A stretch of DNA of 64,000 nucleotides from an uncultured delta proteobacterium (GCA_963713045.1 CAVQKE010000007.1:546279-610278), one strand, 5' to 3'; counted from the stretch's first letter, positions 48,619 through 59,486 are shown. Numbers and translations are program-made. Notes: generated from the sequence alone by a model not told the origin.

Positions 48619-48784
48619 ACGCGAACGGAGTCGAGGTGTCCGGTGCTCTTCAGGCACGTTTCAGCGTCCTGGTCTCCTCATCTCACGCAGAAAGAGAGCC
48701 CGGCCGCACCCAAAGCGGTTCATCCCCTTGGCGGAGCTCTTCGGCAGGTTCACGCCAGGCGTTCTGCGACGGGGCTGACGTCGC

Positions 48785-48811
48785 GAACCGCCGTTGCGGG
48801 CAACGGGCTCT
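48785..48811 (+). promoter_or_regulatory. ECF promoter-like motif, copy 4 (GAACC-N16-GGCTCT)
   Basis: Followed by AAGGAG and ATG 48835. Confidence 0.6.
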
Positions 48812-48834
48812 CACACTTCTGAAAGGAGTTCGTA

Positions 48835-49038
48835 ATGAAGACCAACGAGTCCGTTGTGGACCGCGTCCTCCGGGTGTTCCTGGGGCTCGCGCTTGGAGCG
48901 TATTTCCTCTCAACCGAGCACCCGGCCTGGGCGCTGGTGGGTCTCATCCCACTCGTGACCGGCAGTGTGGGGTTCTGCCCAATCTACCGGGCACTCGGAT
49001 GGTCGACCCGACGGCAAACCCAAAGCATAGCGCCATGA
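48835..49038 (+). CDS. DUF2892 (YgaP-like membrane) protein
   Basis: NESVVDRVLR...GLIPLVTG.VGFCPIY..LG.ST. Confidence 0.93.
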   Translation: MKTNESVVDRVLRVFLGLALGAYFLSTEHPAWALVGLIPLVTGSVGFCPIYRALGWSTRRQTQSIAP

Positions 49039-49155
49039 GTCCCAGGTAGACGGCTGGCCAAGCGCGCTACGGCGACCCTCTCCCAGTTCCCGTCGCGCCT
49101 TGCCTACCTCACAGGAGGAGTCGGCGTCATATAAGGCGCGCTGAGGCGGAGGGCT

Positions 49156-49623
49156 TCAGGGCAGCGGCCGCAGGTTGACCTCGCGCACGTAACTGGTGCC
49201 AAGGAATTTGCGCATCTCCAGTCGAACCTTTATCTGCTCCTGCTGCTTCTGCTCGTCAGCGGTCTTGAATTGCTTGGCGAGGATGGCCTTATCTTTGTCG
49301 TCGTCGGACTTGCTGTAGTCGAGCGCCTGAGCGTAGTTTTTGTAGAGGCTGCAGAACATGACGTCCCAGTCGTTCACGTCATGGGGCGGCTGGACGAAGA
49401 CCTTCCAGTCGAGAATGAGGCCCTGCTTCTTCTCCTCGGTAAAGATGGGGAGCGTCGTCGCCCGGACCCACTTGATGTACGTTTCAAACTGGCCAGGCGC
49501 GGTACGGTAAGTATCGCACTGCCACACCGGGCCCTCAGTCCAGTTTTCCTGCGCCAACGCGCTCTTCGCGCCGAACAACAGGGCACACGTCGTCACCAGC
49601 GCTGCAAGGCTCTTCCTTTTCAT
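49156..49623 (-). CDS. Hypothetical exported protein
   Basis: GGAGG RBS; signal peptide ALA-Q; WTEGPVW...KKQGLILDWKVF. Confidence 0.8.
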   Translation of the reverse strand: MKRKSLAALVTTCALLFGAKSALAQENWTEGPVWQCDTYRTAPGQFETYIKWVRATTLPIFTEEKKQGLILDWKVFVQPPHDVNDWDVMFCSLYKNYAQALDYSKSDDDKDKAILAKQFKTADEQKQQEQIKVRLEMRKFLGTSYVREVNLRPLP

Positions 49624-49743
49624 GGCAACCCCCTCCTGTGGCGCGGGCTGGCTGACCCGCGTGCGGGGCAAGAGAGCACACCCACGCGTCATCTGGAGAA
49701 GGTTTTACGTTATGAGCCGCAAATCGGCTGCCGCTCAAAGCAG

Positions 49744-50517
49744 TTACTGCATGTGCCAGCCGTGACTCACCAGCAGCGACTGGCCGGTGAGGGCACGGCT
49801 TGGAAAGGAGGCGAGGAACACCGCCACTCGGGCGACATCGTCGAGCGTGGTGAATTCGCCGTCGACGGTATTCTTCAGCATCACGTTCTTCACCACTTCT
49901 TCCTCGCTGATGCCAAGGTCGCGGGCCTGCTCCGGAATTTGCTTCTCCACCAGCGGCGTTCGGACGAAGCCCGGCGCGATGACGTTGCTGACGATGCCGT
50001 ATGGGGCACCCTCCTTTGCCACCGTACGCGCAAGGCCGAGGATGCCGTGCTTGGCGGCCACATATGGCGCCTTGAGCGGCGAGGCCTCCATGGAGTGCAC
50101 GCTGCCCATGTACAACAGGCAGCCGCCCTTCCGGGAGGCCACCATCCGGCGCATGCAGGCCCGGGTGGTGAGAAACGCTCCGTCGAGATGGATGGCGAGC
50201 AACCTGCGCCACGCTTCGAACGTGCAGTCCACCACCGCCGCGATGTGTTGCACGCCGGCGTTGCTCACCAGCACGTCCACGCCGCCAAAGCGCGCCTCAA
50301 GCGCAGCAACTCCCTCCTCGACTTGAGCCTCGCTGGTGACGTCCATCGTCAGGGCGATGCCGGCGCCGCCCATGTCGTCGACCACGGCGCGCGCCCCAGC
50401 GGCGTCAATATCCGCCACGCCGACCCGAGCGCCCTCGGCGGCGAAGGCCAAGGCAATTGCACGGCCAATCCCACTGGCTGCACCCGTGACCAGCGCCACA
50501 CGGCCTTTCATACGCAT
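49744..50517 (-). CDS. bdhA: 3-hydroxybutyrate dehydrogenase (SDR)
   Basis: TGAASGIG, NAGVQH, GSVHS.EASPLKAPYVAAKHG, PGFVRTPLVEKQIPEQA. Confidence 0.93.
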   Translation of the reverse strand: MRMKGRVALVTGAASGIGRAIALAFAAEGARVGVADIDAAGARAVVDDMGGAGIALTMDVTSEAQVEEGVAALEARFGGVDVLVSNAGVQHIAAVVDCTFEAWRRLLAIHLDGAFLTTRACMRRMVASRKGGCLLYMGSVHSMEASPLKAPYVAAKHGILGLARTVAKEGAPYGIVSNVIAPGFVRTPLVEKQIPEQARDLGISEEEVVKNVMLKNTVDGEFTTLDDVARVAVFLASFPSRALTGQSLLVSHGWHMQ

Positions 50518-50659
50518 AGCGTCATTCCCTCGTGCTTGGGCCCGCGGCCCGGGGCCCGTCGGAGCATACGCGGGGTTCGCGGCTAAACCTCGTTGACCTT
50601 GGGCAGACCGCGGCTAAGGTCCCGACGGTCGCCGGCCGCTTGCGCGAAGCCTGGAACCT

Positions 50660-51409
50660 ATGCCCGCAGCTCTCGAGGCTCGTGGTCTCTCCAAAGCCTT
50701 TCATGGCTTCACCGCGGTGGACGGGGTGGACCTCGTCATTGAAGAGGGGGAGACCCACGCCATTATCGGGCCCAACGGCGCAGGAAAGACGACCCTCTTC
50801 AACCTCCTGTCCGGCTTTCTGGCCCCCACCGCCGGCCAGGTGTTGCTGTTCGGCGAGGACATCACCGGCGTCTCACCGTACAAGATTGTTCGCCGGGGGC
50901 TCTCCCGTTCATTTCAAATCTCGTCGGTGTTCGACACGCTGTCCGTCCAGGACAACCTCCTGGTGGCCCTCCAGTCCAAGACGCCGCACCACTGGCGCTT
51001 CTGGGAAAGCGTCAAGGTGCTGCTGAAGTTTCAGCCGCGGGCACGAGAGATTCTGGAGGTGGTGCACGAGTTGGGGTTGGCCCACCGGCCAGCGTCGGCG
51101 CTTTCCCACGGTGAGAAACGCAATCTGGAGATTGGCATCTCCCTCACCCAGGAGCCCCGGGTGCTGCTGCTCGACGAGCCGACCTCCGGCATGGGCACCG
51201 ATGACGTCCAGCGGATGGTGGCGCTCGGCAAGACGGTGGCCCAAGGACGGACACTGGTGTTGGTGGAACACAACATGGGAGTGGTGGCGCAACTGGCCGA
51301 CCGCATCACCGTACTTCAACGCGGCCGCATCCTCGCGCAGGGAACGTACGACGAAGTGCGGCGAAACCCCCACGTCATCGAGGCCTACCTTGGCGAGGAG
51401 GTTGGCTAA
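50660..51409 (+). CDS. Liv-type ABC transporter ATP-binding protein (LivG-like)
   Basis: GPNGAGKTT, LSHGEKR, LLLDEPTSG, VIEAYLG. Confidence 0.95.
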   Translation: MPAALEARGLSKAFHGFTAVDGVDLVIEEGETHAIIGPNGAGKTTLFNLLSGFLAPTAGQVLLFGEDITGVSPYKIVRRGLSRSFQISSVFDTLSVQDNLLVALQSKTPHHWRFWESVKVLLKFQPRAREILEVVHELGLAHRPASALSHGEKRNLEIGISLTQEPRVLLLDEPTSGMGTDDVQRMVALGKTVAQGRTLVLVEHNMGVVAQLADRITVLQRGRILAQGTYDEVRRNPHVIEAYLGEEVG

Positions 51410-51414
51410 AGCCA

Positions 51415-52107
51415 ATGTTGGTGGTTTCTGACCTCCAGGCCTTTTACGGCAAGAGCCACGTCTTGCACGGCGTCTCGCTGCGCGTCGACCCAGGCGAGGT
51501 GGTGAGCCTCATTGGGCGCAATGGCGCCGGAAAGAGCACCACCCTCAAGTCGGTGATGGGCGTGCTGCCCGACCGACGGGGCACACTGACTTTCGACGGC
51601 CGCGACATCAGCCGACTGACGTCGGACCGCATCGCCCGACTGGGCATCGCCTGGGTGCCGGAGGAGCGCGCAATTTTCTCCGCGCTAACCGTGCGCGAAA
51701 ACCTCGAGTTGCCCCCCGTGTTGCGGCCCGGGGGCTGGACGCTGGAGCGCATCTACCAGACGTTCCCCATTCTCTTAGAGCGTGGCGCCTTTCCCGGGAC
51801 GAAGCTGTCTGGGGGGGAGCAGCAGATGCTGGCTGTGGTGCGTGTGCTGCGGGCCGCGCCGCGCTTGCTGTTGCTCGACGAGCCCTCCGAGGGCCTGGCC
51901 CCGGTCATTGTCCAGCGCATTGCCCAGATGGTGCTCGACCTCAAGGCCCAAGGGCTGGCCGTCATCCTGGTGGAGCAGAACCTGCGCTTTGCGCTGAAGG
52001 TGGCTGACCGCCATGTGCTTGTCGTCGATGGACGCTCGGTCGAGACGCTAACCACCGAACAGGTCCGCACCCGCGAAAAGGAGCTGTTGGACTACTTGAG
52101 TGTGTAA
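51415..52107 (+). CDS. Liv-type ABC transporter ATP-binding protein (LivF-like)
   Basis: GRNGAGKST, LSGGEQQML, LDEPSEGLAP, LVEQN. Confidence 0.95.
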   Translation: MLVVSDLQAFYGKSHVLHGVSLRVDPGEVVSLIGRNGAGKSTTLKSVMGVLPDRRGTLTFDGRDISRLTSDRIARLGIAWVPEERAIFSALTVRENLELPPVLRPGGWTLERIYQTFPILLERGAFPGTKLSGGEQQMLAVVRVLRAAPRLLLLDEPSEGLAPVIVQRIAQMVLDLKAQGLAVILVEQNLRFALKVADRHVLVVDGRSVETLTTEQVRTREKELLDYLSV

Positions 52108-52173
52108 CTGGCCGTGGGGCAACCGGCGCCCCTTCCGAAGCCGGCGTCGCCCCCTCACCCGAAGGAGACGTGG

Positions 52174-53376
52174 ATGAAAACGACATTGCTGGCAGCACTT
52201 TTGCTCGCGGTTCCCGCCGGGGCACAGCTCTCCGGTGACAAAGTCAAAGTGGGCGTCCTGACCGACATGAATGGCGTCTACTCGGCGCTGGCCGGCCCGG
52301 GTTCGGTCAAAGCGGCCGAGATGGCTGCCGCGGCCTTCATGAAGAGGCACCCCGAGTACGCGGGGAAGGTGGAGGTGGTGGGCGCCGACCACCAAGGCAA
52401 GGCGGACGTGGCCACCAACAAGGCCTTGGAGATGATTGAGCGAAATGGCGTCGACGCCATTTTCGACGTGCCCACCTCCTCCTGCGCCCTGGCGGTGGCG
52501 GGAGTGGTGAAAACGCGCAATGCCCTCCTCATCGTCGTGGGCGCCGGAACGACCGAGCTCACCAACGAGCAGTGCAACCTCCACACCTTCCACTACGCCT
52601 ACGACAACTGGATGCTGTCGAACGGCACCGGGACTGCGGTCACCAAGCGCGGCGGCAAGACGTGGTTCATCATCTACCCGAACTACAAGTTCGGGCAGAA
52701 CCTTGACGCCCAGATGCGCAAGGCGGTCGAGGCGGCGGGCGGAAAAATCATCGCCCCCAGCGAGGCGACGCCGTTTCCCAATACCGACTTCTCCAGCTAC
52801 TTACTGAAAGCGCAGTCCCTCAAGCCCCAAGTCTTCGGCACGATGCACGCCGGCGCGGACTTGGTGAACGTGGTGAAGCAGTACAATGAGTTTGCCCTCA
52901 AGAAGGCGGGCATCGGCCTGGCCATCGGATTGCTCTTCGAGACGGACATCGACGCGCTCGGACAAGACGCCTACGCGGGGGCGGTGGTGACTGTCCCCTG
53001 GTTCTGGAACTTGGACGAGCAGAGCAAGGCGTGGAGCGTCGAGTTTCAGAAGGCCTTCGGAAAGAAGCCTTCCTGGGTGCACGGCGGCGTCTACTCTGCA
53101 GTCACCACCTACCTCGAGGCGGTTGCCCGCGCCAAGTCGGACAACGCGGACCGTGTCCGTGCAGCGCTCGAGGGATACCACTTCAGTGACTTCTTCGCGC
53201 GCAACGCCAGCATCCGCCCCCAAGACCACCGTGTCATTCTCGACGTGTTGCAGGTGGAGGTGAAACCGAAGAGCCAGGCCAAGGAGGACCGCGACTACTT
53301 CAAAGTCATCTCCAAGACGCCGGCCGCCCAGGCCTTCATGCCGCTTTCTGAGTCGGTGTGCCACATGGCCAAGTAG
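52174..53376 (+). CDS. Liv-type ABC transporter substrate-binding protein
   Basis: AAGGAG RBS; signal peptide; VKVGVLTDMNGVY, ADHQGKAD, DFSSYLLKAQ. Confidence 0.93.
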   Translation: MKTTLLAALLLAVPAGAQLSGDKVKVGVLTDMNGVYSALAGPGSVKAAEMAAAAFMKRHPEYAGKVEVVGADHQGKADVATNKALEMIERNGVDAIFDVPTSSCALAVAGVVKTRNALLIVVGAGTTELTNEQCNLHTFHYAYDNWMLSNGTGTAVTKRGGKTWFIIYPNYKFGQNLDAQMRKAVEAAGGKIIAPSEATPFPNTDFSSYLLKAQSLKPQVFGTMHAGADLVNVVKQYNEFALKKAGIGLAIGLLFETDIDALGQDAYAGAVVTVPWFWNLDEQSKAWSVEFQKAFGKKPSWVHGGVYSAVTTYLEAVARAKSDNADRVRAALEGYHFSDFFARNASIRPQDHRVILDVLQVEVKPKSQAKEDRDYFKVISKTPAAQAFMPLSESVCHMAK

Positions 53377-53398
53377 CAGCTCGCGACGCGAGGGCTCC

Positions 53399-54274
53399 AT
53401 GGGGCGGTTGCTGGTCATCGAGATTTTCAACGGACTGGTGAACGGCGCGTTCTACGCCCTGTTGTCGCTGGGGCTGGCAGTCATCTTCGGAATGCTGCGC
53501 ATCGTGAACTTCGCGCACGGTGCGATGTACATGTTGGGAGCCTTCACCGCCTACAGCCTGGGCGACCGCTTCGGGCTCGGCTTCTGGCCTTCGCTGCTCA
53601 TCGCACCGTTGCTGGTCGGGTTGCTCGGGGTGGTCATCGAGCGGACCATGCTCCGCCGCCTCTACAGCCTGCCGGCGGCCTACAACCTGCTGCTGACCTT
53701 CGGGCTGACGCTGGTCATTCAGGACGGCGTTCGGCTCGTCTACGGCATCAGCGGTGCCCCCTACTCCAGTCCGCCCCAGCTGGCCGGCGTCACCAACCTT
53801 GGCTTCGTCATCTTTCCCACCTACCGCCTCTTCGTCATCGTCGCCTCGGTGGTGGTCTGCGCCCTCACCTACTACCTCATCGAGCGAACCCGTCTCGGCG
53901 CGGTGGTTCGGGCCTGCACCGAAAACCCCTCCGTCACCCGCAGCTTCGGCGTCGACGTCTCCCTGTGGGTCACTGCCGTCTTCGGCTTTGGATCGGCCCT
54001 TGCCGGGCTGGCTGGCGTGCTGGCGGCGCCCATCTACAGTGTCGACCCGCTGATGGGCTCTGAGCTCATCATCACCACCTTCGCGGTGGTCGTCATCGGC
54101 GGACTCGGAAGCATCCTCGGCTCGGTCCTGACCGGCTTCACGGTGGGCGTGCTGGTGGCCATCGGCTCGGCCCTGTACCCGCCGATTGCCAACACCCTGG
54201 TGTTCATCCTCATGGCCGGGGTCCTGTTGGTCCGGCCGACTGGCCTCTTCGGGTTGCCGGAGGGCGGGCGATGA
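53399..54274 (+). CDS. Liv-type ABC permease (LivH-like)
   Basis: NGLVNGAFYALLSLGLAVIFG...VNFAHG; FAVVVIGGLGS. Confidence 0.95.
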   Translation: MGRLLVIEIFNGLVNGAFYALLSLGLAVIFGMLRIVNFAHGAMYMLGAFTAYSLGDRFGLGFWPSLLIAPLLVGLLGVVIERTMLRRLYSLPAAYNLLLTFGLTLVIQDGVRLVYGISGAPYSSPPQLAGVTNLGFVIFPTYRLFVIVASVVVCALTYYLIERTRLGAVVRACTENPSVTRSFGVDVSLWVTAVFGFGSALAGLAGVLAAPIYSVDPLMGSELIITTFAVVVIGGLGSILGSVLTGFTVGVLVAIGSALYPPIANTLVFILMAGVLLVRPTGLFGLPEGGR

Positions 54275-55251
54275 GCGGACGAGCGTGGCTTGTGGCGGGC
54301 GCCGCGGCGTTTCTCCTGTTGGTCGGGCTGCCCTTTGTCGTCTACCCGGTGGTCGCGCTGGACATCCTCTGCCTCGGTCTCTTCGCGCTCGCCTTCGACT
54401 TGGTGTTCGGCCAGGTGGGATTGCTCTCCTTCGGGCACGCGGCCTTCTGGGGCACCAGCGCCTACGTGACTGGGTGGCTGCTGCTGCACCTCGGCGTGGG
54501 GGTGCCGCTGGCCATGCTGGGAGGGACGGTGGCCGCATTCCTCATCGCCATTCCCATTGGGTTTCTGTCCATCCGCAGCGTCGGCATTTACTTCTCGATG
54601 ATTACGCTGGCCTTCGGGCAGATGATCGACTTCATCGCCAAACAGTGGGAGGACGTCACCGGGGGGGAAAGCGGGATGCCCAACATTCCGCGGCCGGCGC
54701 TGCTCGGTTTGGACTTCTCCAATTCGATGCACGCCTACTGGTTTGGTCTGGTGGTCGCCACCTGTGGCGCCCTGGTGGCCTTCCGCACCATCCATTCTCC
54801 CTTTGGCGCAGCGCTGCGGGCGATTCGCGACAACGACACCCGCGCCCAGAGCGTGGGCTACGCCACCTGGGCCCACAAAGTGCTGGCCTTCCTCCTATCC
54901 GCCACCCTCTCTGGGCTGGCCGGGGCGCTGTTCGTCGTCGCGCACGGCGTCGTCTCACTCGACGTGCTGTCCTGGACGACCAGCGGACAGGTGGTAATGA
55001 CAACGCTGCTTGGTGGCACCGGGACCTTCCTCGGCCCCCTGGTGGGAAGCGCCGTCACCGTGCTGCTGCAAGACGCGCTCTCTCGCTCGACTGCCGCCAC
55101 CGGGCTGGTGACGGGTCTCGTCTTCGTGGTGACGGTCCTCTTCTTCCGGCGCGGAATTGTGGGGACGCTGGGCGCGCTGTGGGCCCAGCGACGCTTGGCG
55201 CACGCTGGGAGGAGAAAGCCCGGGCCGGCCCACCCCCCGTCGGCTGCCTAA
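54271..55251 (+). CDS. Liv-type ABC permease (LivM-like)
   Basis: GLLSFGHAAF, YFSMITLAFGQ, TGGESG, SPFG..LRAIRDN. Confidence 0.95.
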   Translation: MSGRAWLVAGAAAFLLLVGLPFVVYPVVALDILCLGLFALAFDLVFGQVGLLSFGHAAFWGTSAYVTGWLLLHLGVGVPLAMLGGTVAAFLIAIPIGFLSIRSVGIYFSMITLAFGQMIDFIAKQWEDVTGGESGMPNIPRPALLGLDFSNSMHAYWFGLVVATCGALVAFRTIHSPFGAALRAIRDNDTRAQSVGYATWAHKVLAFLLSATLSGLAGALFVVAHGVVSLDVLSWTTSGQVVMTTLLGGTGTFLGPLVGSAVTVLLQDALSRSTAATGLVTGLVFVVTVLFFRRGIVGTLGALWAQRRLAHAGRRKPGPAHPPSAA

Positions 55252-56978
55252 TGCTCGAGGAGGTAGGCCCCTGGCGCGTCCATCAACGGCGGGTGGCTGC
55301 TGTCGCCCATCGGTGGTGGTGGCCCCAGAGCGCCGGCCCGGGCGCCTATCCACCGTGCCCATTCCTCCCACCAACTTTCGTTGCGTCGGCTGGCATCGGC
55401 GCGCCACAACTCGGGGTCGGCCTCCGGCTTGTCGTTCACCCAGTAGACGGCATTCTTGTTCGGGGGATTGACGATGCCGGCGATGTGGCCCGAGCTGCTG
55501 AGGACGAAGCGCACCTTGCCGGCCAATAGCCGAGTCGTCTTGAAGGACGACTTCCAGGGGGTGATGTGGTCGTCGACGGCAGCCAGAATGAAGGCGTCCT
55601 GACGGATGGTGGACGGGCGCAAGTGCTGTCCGGCCACCACCAGCTCGTCTTTGGCGAGCTGATTCTTCAGGTAGCAGGCCCTCAGGTACTCCATGTGCAT
55701 TCGGGCCGGCATCCGCGTCCCGTCAGCATTCCAGGCGAGTAAGTCGAAGGCCGGGGACGGCTCGCCCATCAGCCATCGCGTGGCGACATAGCTGAAGATG
55801 AGGTCACCCGAACGCAGCAGGTTGAACGTGCTGCCCATTTCCTCGGCCGAGAGGTATCCCCGGGCGGCCATGCGACGGTCGATGCGGGCGATGGTCTTCG
55901 CGTCGGTGAAGGCCCCGAGGATTCCCGGCTCGCTGAAGTCGACCAGCGTGTTGAGCAGGGTCAGGCTGTTGACCCAGTCCTCGCCGGTCTCATTCAGGTA
56001 AGCGAGGAACATCGTGGCCAGGGTGCCCCCCAGGCACAGCGCGGCGACATTCACCTTGGGTGCGCCGGTGATTTCGCGGATGGCCCGGGTTGCGGCCACG
56101 GGCCCGTCGAGCAAGTAGTCATCGAGCGTGACGTCGTGCATCGAGGCGTCGGGGTTGCGGTAGCTGATGGCAAAGGTGGTGTGGCCGTGCTTCACGGCCC
56201 ACTCGGCAAAGCTCCGGCCCGGAGCGAGGTCCATGATGTAGTACTTGTTAATCCACGGCGGGCAGAGCAGCAGCGGTACGCGGTATGTCTCGGGCGTCGA
56301 TGGCGCGTATTGGATGAGCTCCATCAGGTGGTTTCGAAAAACCACCTTTCCCGGCGTCGCCGCGAGATTTTTTCCAATTTGAAAGCTGGAGCTGTCGACC
56401 TGCTTCGGCCAGCCGTGGCGGGTGCGGACGTCCTCGAGGAAGCCCAACAGGCCACGCACCAGGCTGAGGCCCCCCGTCTCGAAGGCACGTTTCAGCGCGC
56501 CGGGGTTGGTCCACAGGAAGTTGCTGGGGGACAGTGCGTCCACCAGCAGCTGGCTCATCAGCCGCGCTTTGCCGGCCTGAATCGGCGACAGCGCCGCAGC
56601 GTCGACCAGCTCTTGCGCCAGCCGCTCCCACAGCAGGTGGTTCTGCAGAAGGCCATAGAAGAAAGCATTCTCCTCCCAGGCGACGTCCGCGAAGCGCCGG
56701 TCCTTCGCTGGGACACCCATCGGTCCGTTGACTTGAGCCCCAGCGAGCCGCTTCGCGCTGACCACCAGGGCACTCAACTCCCCGGCCAGGAAACGGACCA
56801 CCGCTGCGCCCGACCTGTGCGGACGAGTCGCCAGCCCGACCGCCTCAGCCAACAGCGAGCGGTTGAGCCCGACGGCGTCGAGCTGGTCGAGAGCGTTGGC
56901 GGCTCGGCCGAGCACAGACTGGAGCCGAGTGCGTGCTTTGGCTTCCCTCCCCTTCGGTGACGTGACGGACAAGTCCAT
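55248..56978 (-). CDS. phaC: Polyhydroxyalkanoate synthase (class I/II type)
   Basis: DRRF...W, ATPGKVVFRN, PPWINKYYIMDL, ALCLGGT, AWNAD, DDHITPW, SGHIAGIVNPP. Confidence 0.96.
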   Translation of the reverse strand: MDLSVTSPKGREAKARTRLQSVLGRAANALDQLDAVGLNRSLLAEAVGLATRPHRSGAAVVRFLAGELSALVVSAKRLAGAQVNGPMGVPAKDRRFADVAWEENAFFYGLLQNHLLWERLAQELVDAAALSPIQAGKARLMSQLLVDALSPSNFLWTNPGALKRAFETGGLSLVRGLLGFLEDVRTRHGWPKQVDSSSFQIGKNLAATPGKVVFRNHLMELIQYAPSTPETYRVPLLLCPPWINKYYIMDLAPGRSFAEWAVKHGHTTFAISYRNPDASMHDVTLDDYLLDGPVAATRAIREITGAPKVNVAALCLGGTLATMFLAYLNETGEDWVNSLTLLNTLVDFSEPGILGAFTDAKTIARIDRRMAARGYLSAEEMGSTFNLLRSGDLIFSYVATRWLMGEPSPAFDLLAWNADGTRMPARMHMEYLRACYLKNQLAKDELVVAGQHLRPSTIRQDAFILAAVDDHITPWKSSFKTTRLLAGKVRFVLSSSGHIAGIVNPPNKNAVYWVNDKPEADPELWRADASRRNESWWEEWARWIGARAGALGPPPPMGDSSHPPLMDAPGAYLLEH

Positions 56979-56989
56979 CGGGACATTCC

Positions 56990-58963
56990 TCAGTGCTGGT
57001 GGGGGGTCTTCGCTGCTTCGCTGTCGGCGCCGGAGGAGGCCAGCGCCCGAAATGCTTCCCGACTGGAACCGTACAGCTGCGGCGACAGATGGTGGCTGGC
57101 CAGGGAGTGCCCCAGCGCCAGCCGGAGGAAGGCGTTGCTCGTGTACCGCGTCACCTTGGAATAGAAGCGCTCGGTCAACCGCTCCACCATGTCGGCGTAG
57201 GCATCCATCAGCTGGGGGGCAATGCTGCAGCCGTCATAGTTAACGATGGCCGGCACCCGCCGCCCGAGCGGTGCGCAGCGGTGCTCCACCGTCAAGGCGA
57301 TGGCCTGCAGCTGCGCTTCGCCTCGCACCGAGAGCCCAGCGAAGTTGATGAACAGCACTCCGGCCGAGGCGTCGAAAAGGATGCGCTCCTCGAGCGGCCG
57401 CGACTCGAGCGAGTGCCTGAGCCCCATCGCCTCCGGGGCAAAAAGCCGAGCGTCCATGGTGGACAGCTGCCGGGCTCGCAGCGGGACGAAGTCCATGTTG
57501 GACAGGATGTCCTCCAGGGTGATGCCGGGCGCGACCTCGACCAGTTCCAGGCCGTCTGAGGTCAACCGGAAGACGCAGCGCTCGGTGACGTAAAGCGCTT
57601 CGTGGTTGGCCTTGAAGCACTGGGCGCCGCTGAAGCTCACCTGCTCCACCGACCGAATGAATTTCCGGATTTTGCCCTCCCGGAGAATGCGCAGCTTGCC
57701 TCCTGAAACGTCCACTTCGAGGCCCCCGCAGGTGAAGGTCCCGACGAACACCACCTTTCGGGCGTTCTGGCTGATGTTGATGAACCCTCCGCATCCGGCA
57801 AAGGTGTCTCCGAAGCGGCTCACGTTGACGTTGCCCGCCGCATCGCACTGGGCCATGCCGAGGCAAGCCAGGTCGAGGCCACCGCCGTCGTAGAAGTCGA
57901 ATTGCTCATTCTGGTCGATGAGCGCCTCGGTGTTCATGGCGGCACCGAAGTCGAGCCCCGAGGCGGGAAGCCCGCCGATGACGCCCGGCTCCGCAGTGAG
58001 GGTGAGGAGTGGAAGAAGCCCCTCCTCCTGGGCAACCGCGGCCACGCCCTCCGGCATGCCGATGCCGAGGTTGATGATGCTTCCCGGCACCAGCTCCACT
58101 GCGGCCCGGCGTGAGATGACTTTGCGCTCATCCAGCGGCGCCAGTGGCAGGGCCTCCAGGACGCCGCGTGTCTCGCCCGAGTACACCGGGTTGTACTGGG
58201 TGGCATAGGTTTGCCAGTGGTGCTCGGGCCGGGCCACCGCCACGCAGTCCACCAGGGCGCCCGGAATTTTCACCGCCCGCGGGGAGAGTGAGCCGGCTTG
58301 CGCCACCCGCTCCACCTGGACGAGAACCAAGCCGCCGCTGTTCTTCGCCGCCATGGCCATCGCCAAGTTGTCCAACGTCAACGACTCGCGCTCCATGGTG
58401 ACGTTCCCGGCGGTGTCGGCAGTCGTCCCGCGAAGCAGAGCCACCTGGATGGGAAACGCCTTGTAGAGCAGCCACTCCGTCCCGTGGAGCGTCAAGAGCT
58501 CCACCAACTCCTCGTGCGTCGCAGCGTTGACTTTCCCCCCGCCGTGGCGCGGGTCGACGAAGGTGCCCAGCCCCACCCGAGACAGCGTGCCCGGCTTGTG
58601 GGCAGCAATGTCGCGGTACAGCTGGGAAATGCACCCCTGCGGAAGGTTGTAGGCTTCAATGTCGCCGGCCAGTGCCATGGCCGCCAGCTTCGGCACCAAG
58701 CCCCAATGGCCGCCGACGGCCCGCCGCACCAGGCCCGGAAGGGCCACCCGGTTGAGCCCGCGTGTTTTCCCGTCGCCCTGCCCGGCGGCGAAGACGAGGG
58801 TGAGGTCCCGCGGTCCGCCGGTCGCTTCGAAGGCGCGCGCCAGGGCGTCGAGAAGCGCGTCCGGCGTGCCGTTGCCGACGAAACCGGAGGTCGCCACCGT
58901 GTCACGCGCCTGCACCAGCGCAACCGCTTCCTCGACGCTGGTGACCTTATTGACGCTCAGCAT
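56990..58963 (-). CDS. Acyl-CoA:acetate/3-ketoacid CoA-transferase (propionate CoA-transferase-like, with C-terminal extension)
   Basis: [50 protein letters not shown]. Confidence 0.95.
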   Translation of the reverse strand: MLSVNKVTSVEEAVALVQARDTVATSGFVGNGTPDALLDALARAFEATGGPRDLTLVFAAGQGDGKTRGLNRVALPGLVRRAVGGHWGLVPKLAAMALAGDIEAYNLPQGCISQLYRDIAAHKPGTLSRVGLGTFVDPRHGGGKVNAATHEELVELLTLHGTEWLLYKAFPIQVALLRGTTADTAGNVTMERESLTLDNLAMAMAAKNSGGLVLVQVERVAQAGSLSPRAVKIPGALVDCVAVARPEHHWQTYATQYNPVYSGETRGVLEALPLAPLDERKVISRRAAVELVPGSIINLGIGMPEGVAAVAQEEGLLPLLTLTAEPGVIGGLPASGLDFGAAMNTEALIDQNEQFDFYDGGGLDLACLGMAQCDAAGNVNVSRFGDTFAGCGGFINISQNARKVVFVGTFTCGGLEVDVSGGKLRILREGKIRKFIRSVEQVSFSGAQCFKANHEALYVTERCVFRLTSDGLELVEVAPGITLEDILSNMDFVPLRARQLSTMDARLFAPEAMGLRHSLESRPLEERILFDASAGVLFINFAGLSVRGEAQLQAIALTVEHRCAPLGRRVPAIVNYDGCSIAPQLMDAYADMVERLTERFYSKVTRYTSNAFLRLALGHSLASHHLSPQLYGSSREAFRALASSGADSEAAKTPHQH

Positions 58964-59127
58964 GGCCGAGCTCCCTCGAAGACAGCCGGAGGGACGCCGC
59001 CCGACTTAGAGTCGAGTCGAGGTGGCTGCGTCAAGCGTCGACCCCCAACTGCGGCGCCACCCCAATCAGCGAGCAGAGAGGCCGGTGTCCGGCACTCTCC
59101 GCTCACCCGTTGGGGCTGGCAACCGAC

Positions 59128-59415
59128 TTAGACCTTCTCGGGCGCCAGAATCGCTGCGGCGCGGCGCGTCGCATCGAGGAACAGCTTCCGCCACTCGGCG
59201 CTGGCCTTCTCGGCAAGGGCCACCGACTCCTTGGCAATGCGGCCGGCCTCTTCCACGCCACTGACCGCCTGGGCCAGTGTCTTGCTCTCGATTTTGGCCA
59301 ACTCGCTCAGGCCTGACTCAACCCGACTCACCTGCTCCGCCACCATCTTGTTCCACTCGCCCGCAATTTGCTGCACCTGCGATGCGGTCTTGTTCATTGT
59401 CTCAGCCATCGTCAT
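59128..59415 (-). CDS. Phasin-like small helical protein
   Basis: Ala/Glu/Gln-rich amphipathic helix; lies between phaR and CoA-transferase/phaC behind a PhaR-type box. Confidence 0.7.
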   Translation of the reverse strand: MTMAETMNKTASQVQQIAGEWNKMVAEQVSRVESGLSELAKIESKTLAQAVSGVEEAGRIAKESVALAEKASAEWRKLFLDATRRAAAILAPEKV

Positions 59416-59458
59416 TTCCTCAACTTTCGCTCGACACGCTCATCGCGCCGGCAACAAG

Positions 59459-59486
59459 AACCTAATCTCGAGGGCCGGGGTGTCAA
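59459..59486 (-). promoter_or_regulatory. Sigma70-type promoter TTGACA-N16-TAGGTT for the phasin-like gene
   Basis: Plus strand TGTCAA 59481-59486 and AACCTA 59459-59464. Confidence 0.65.
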
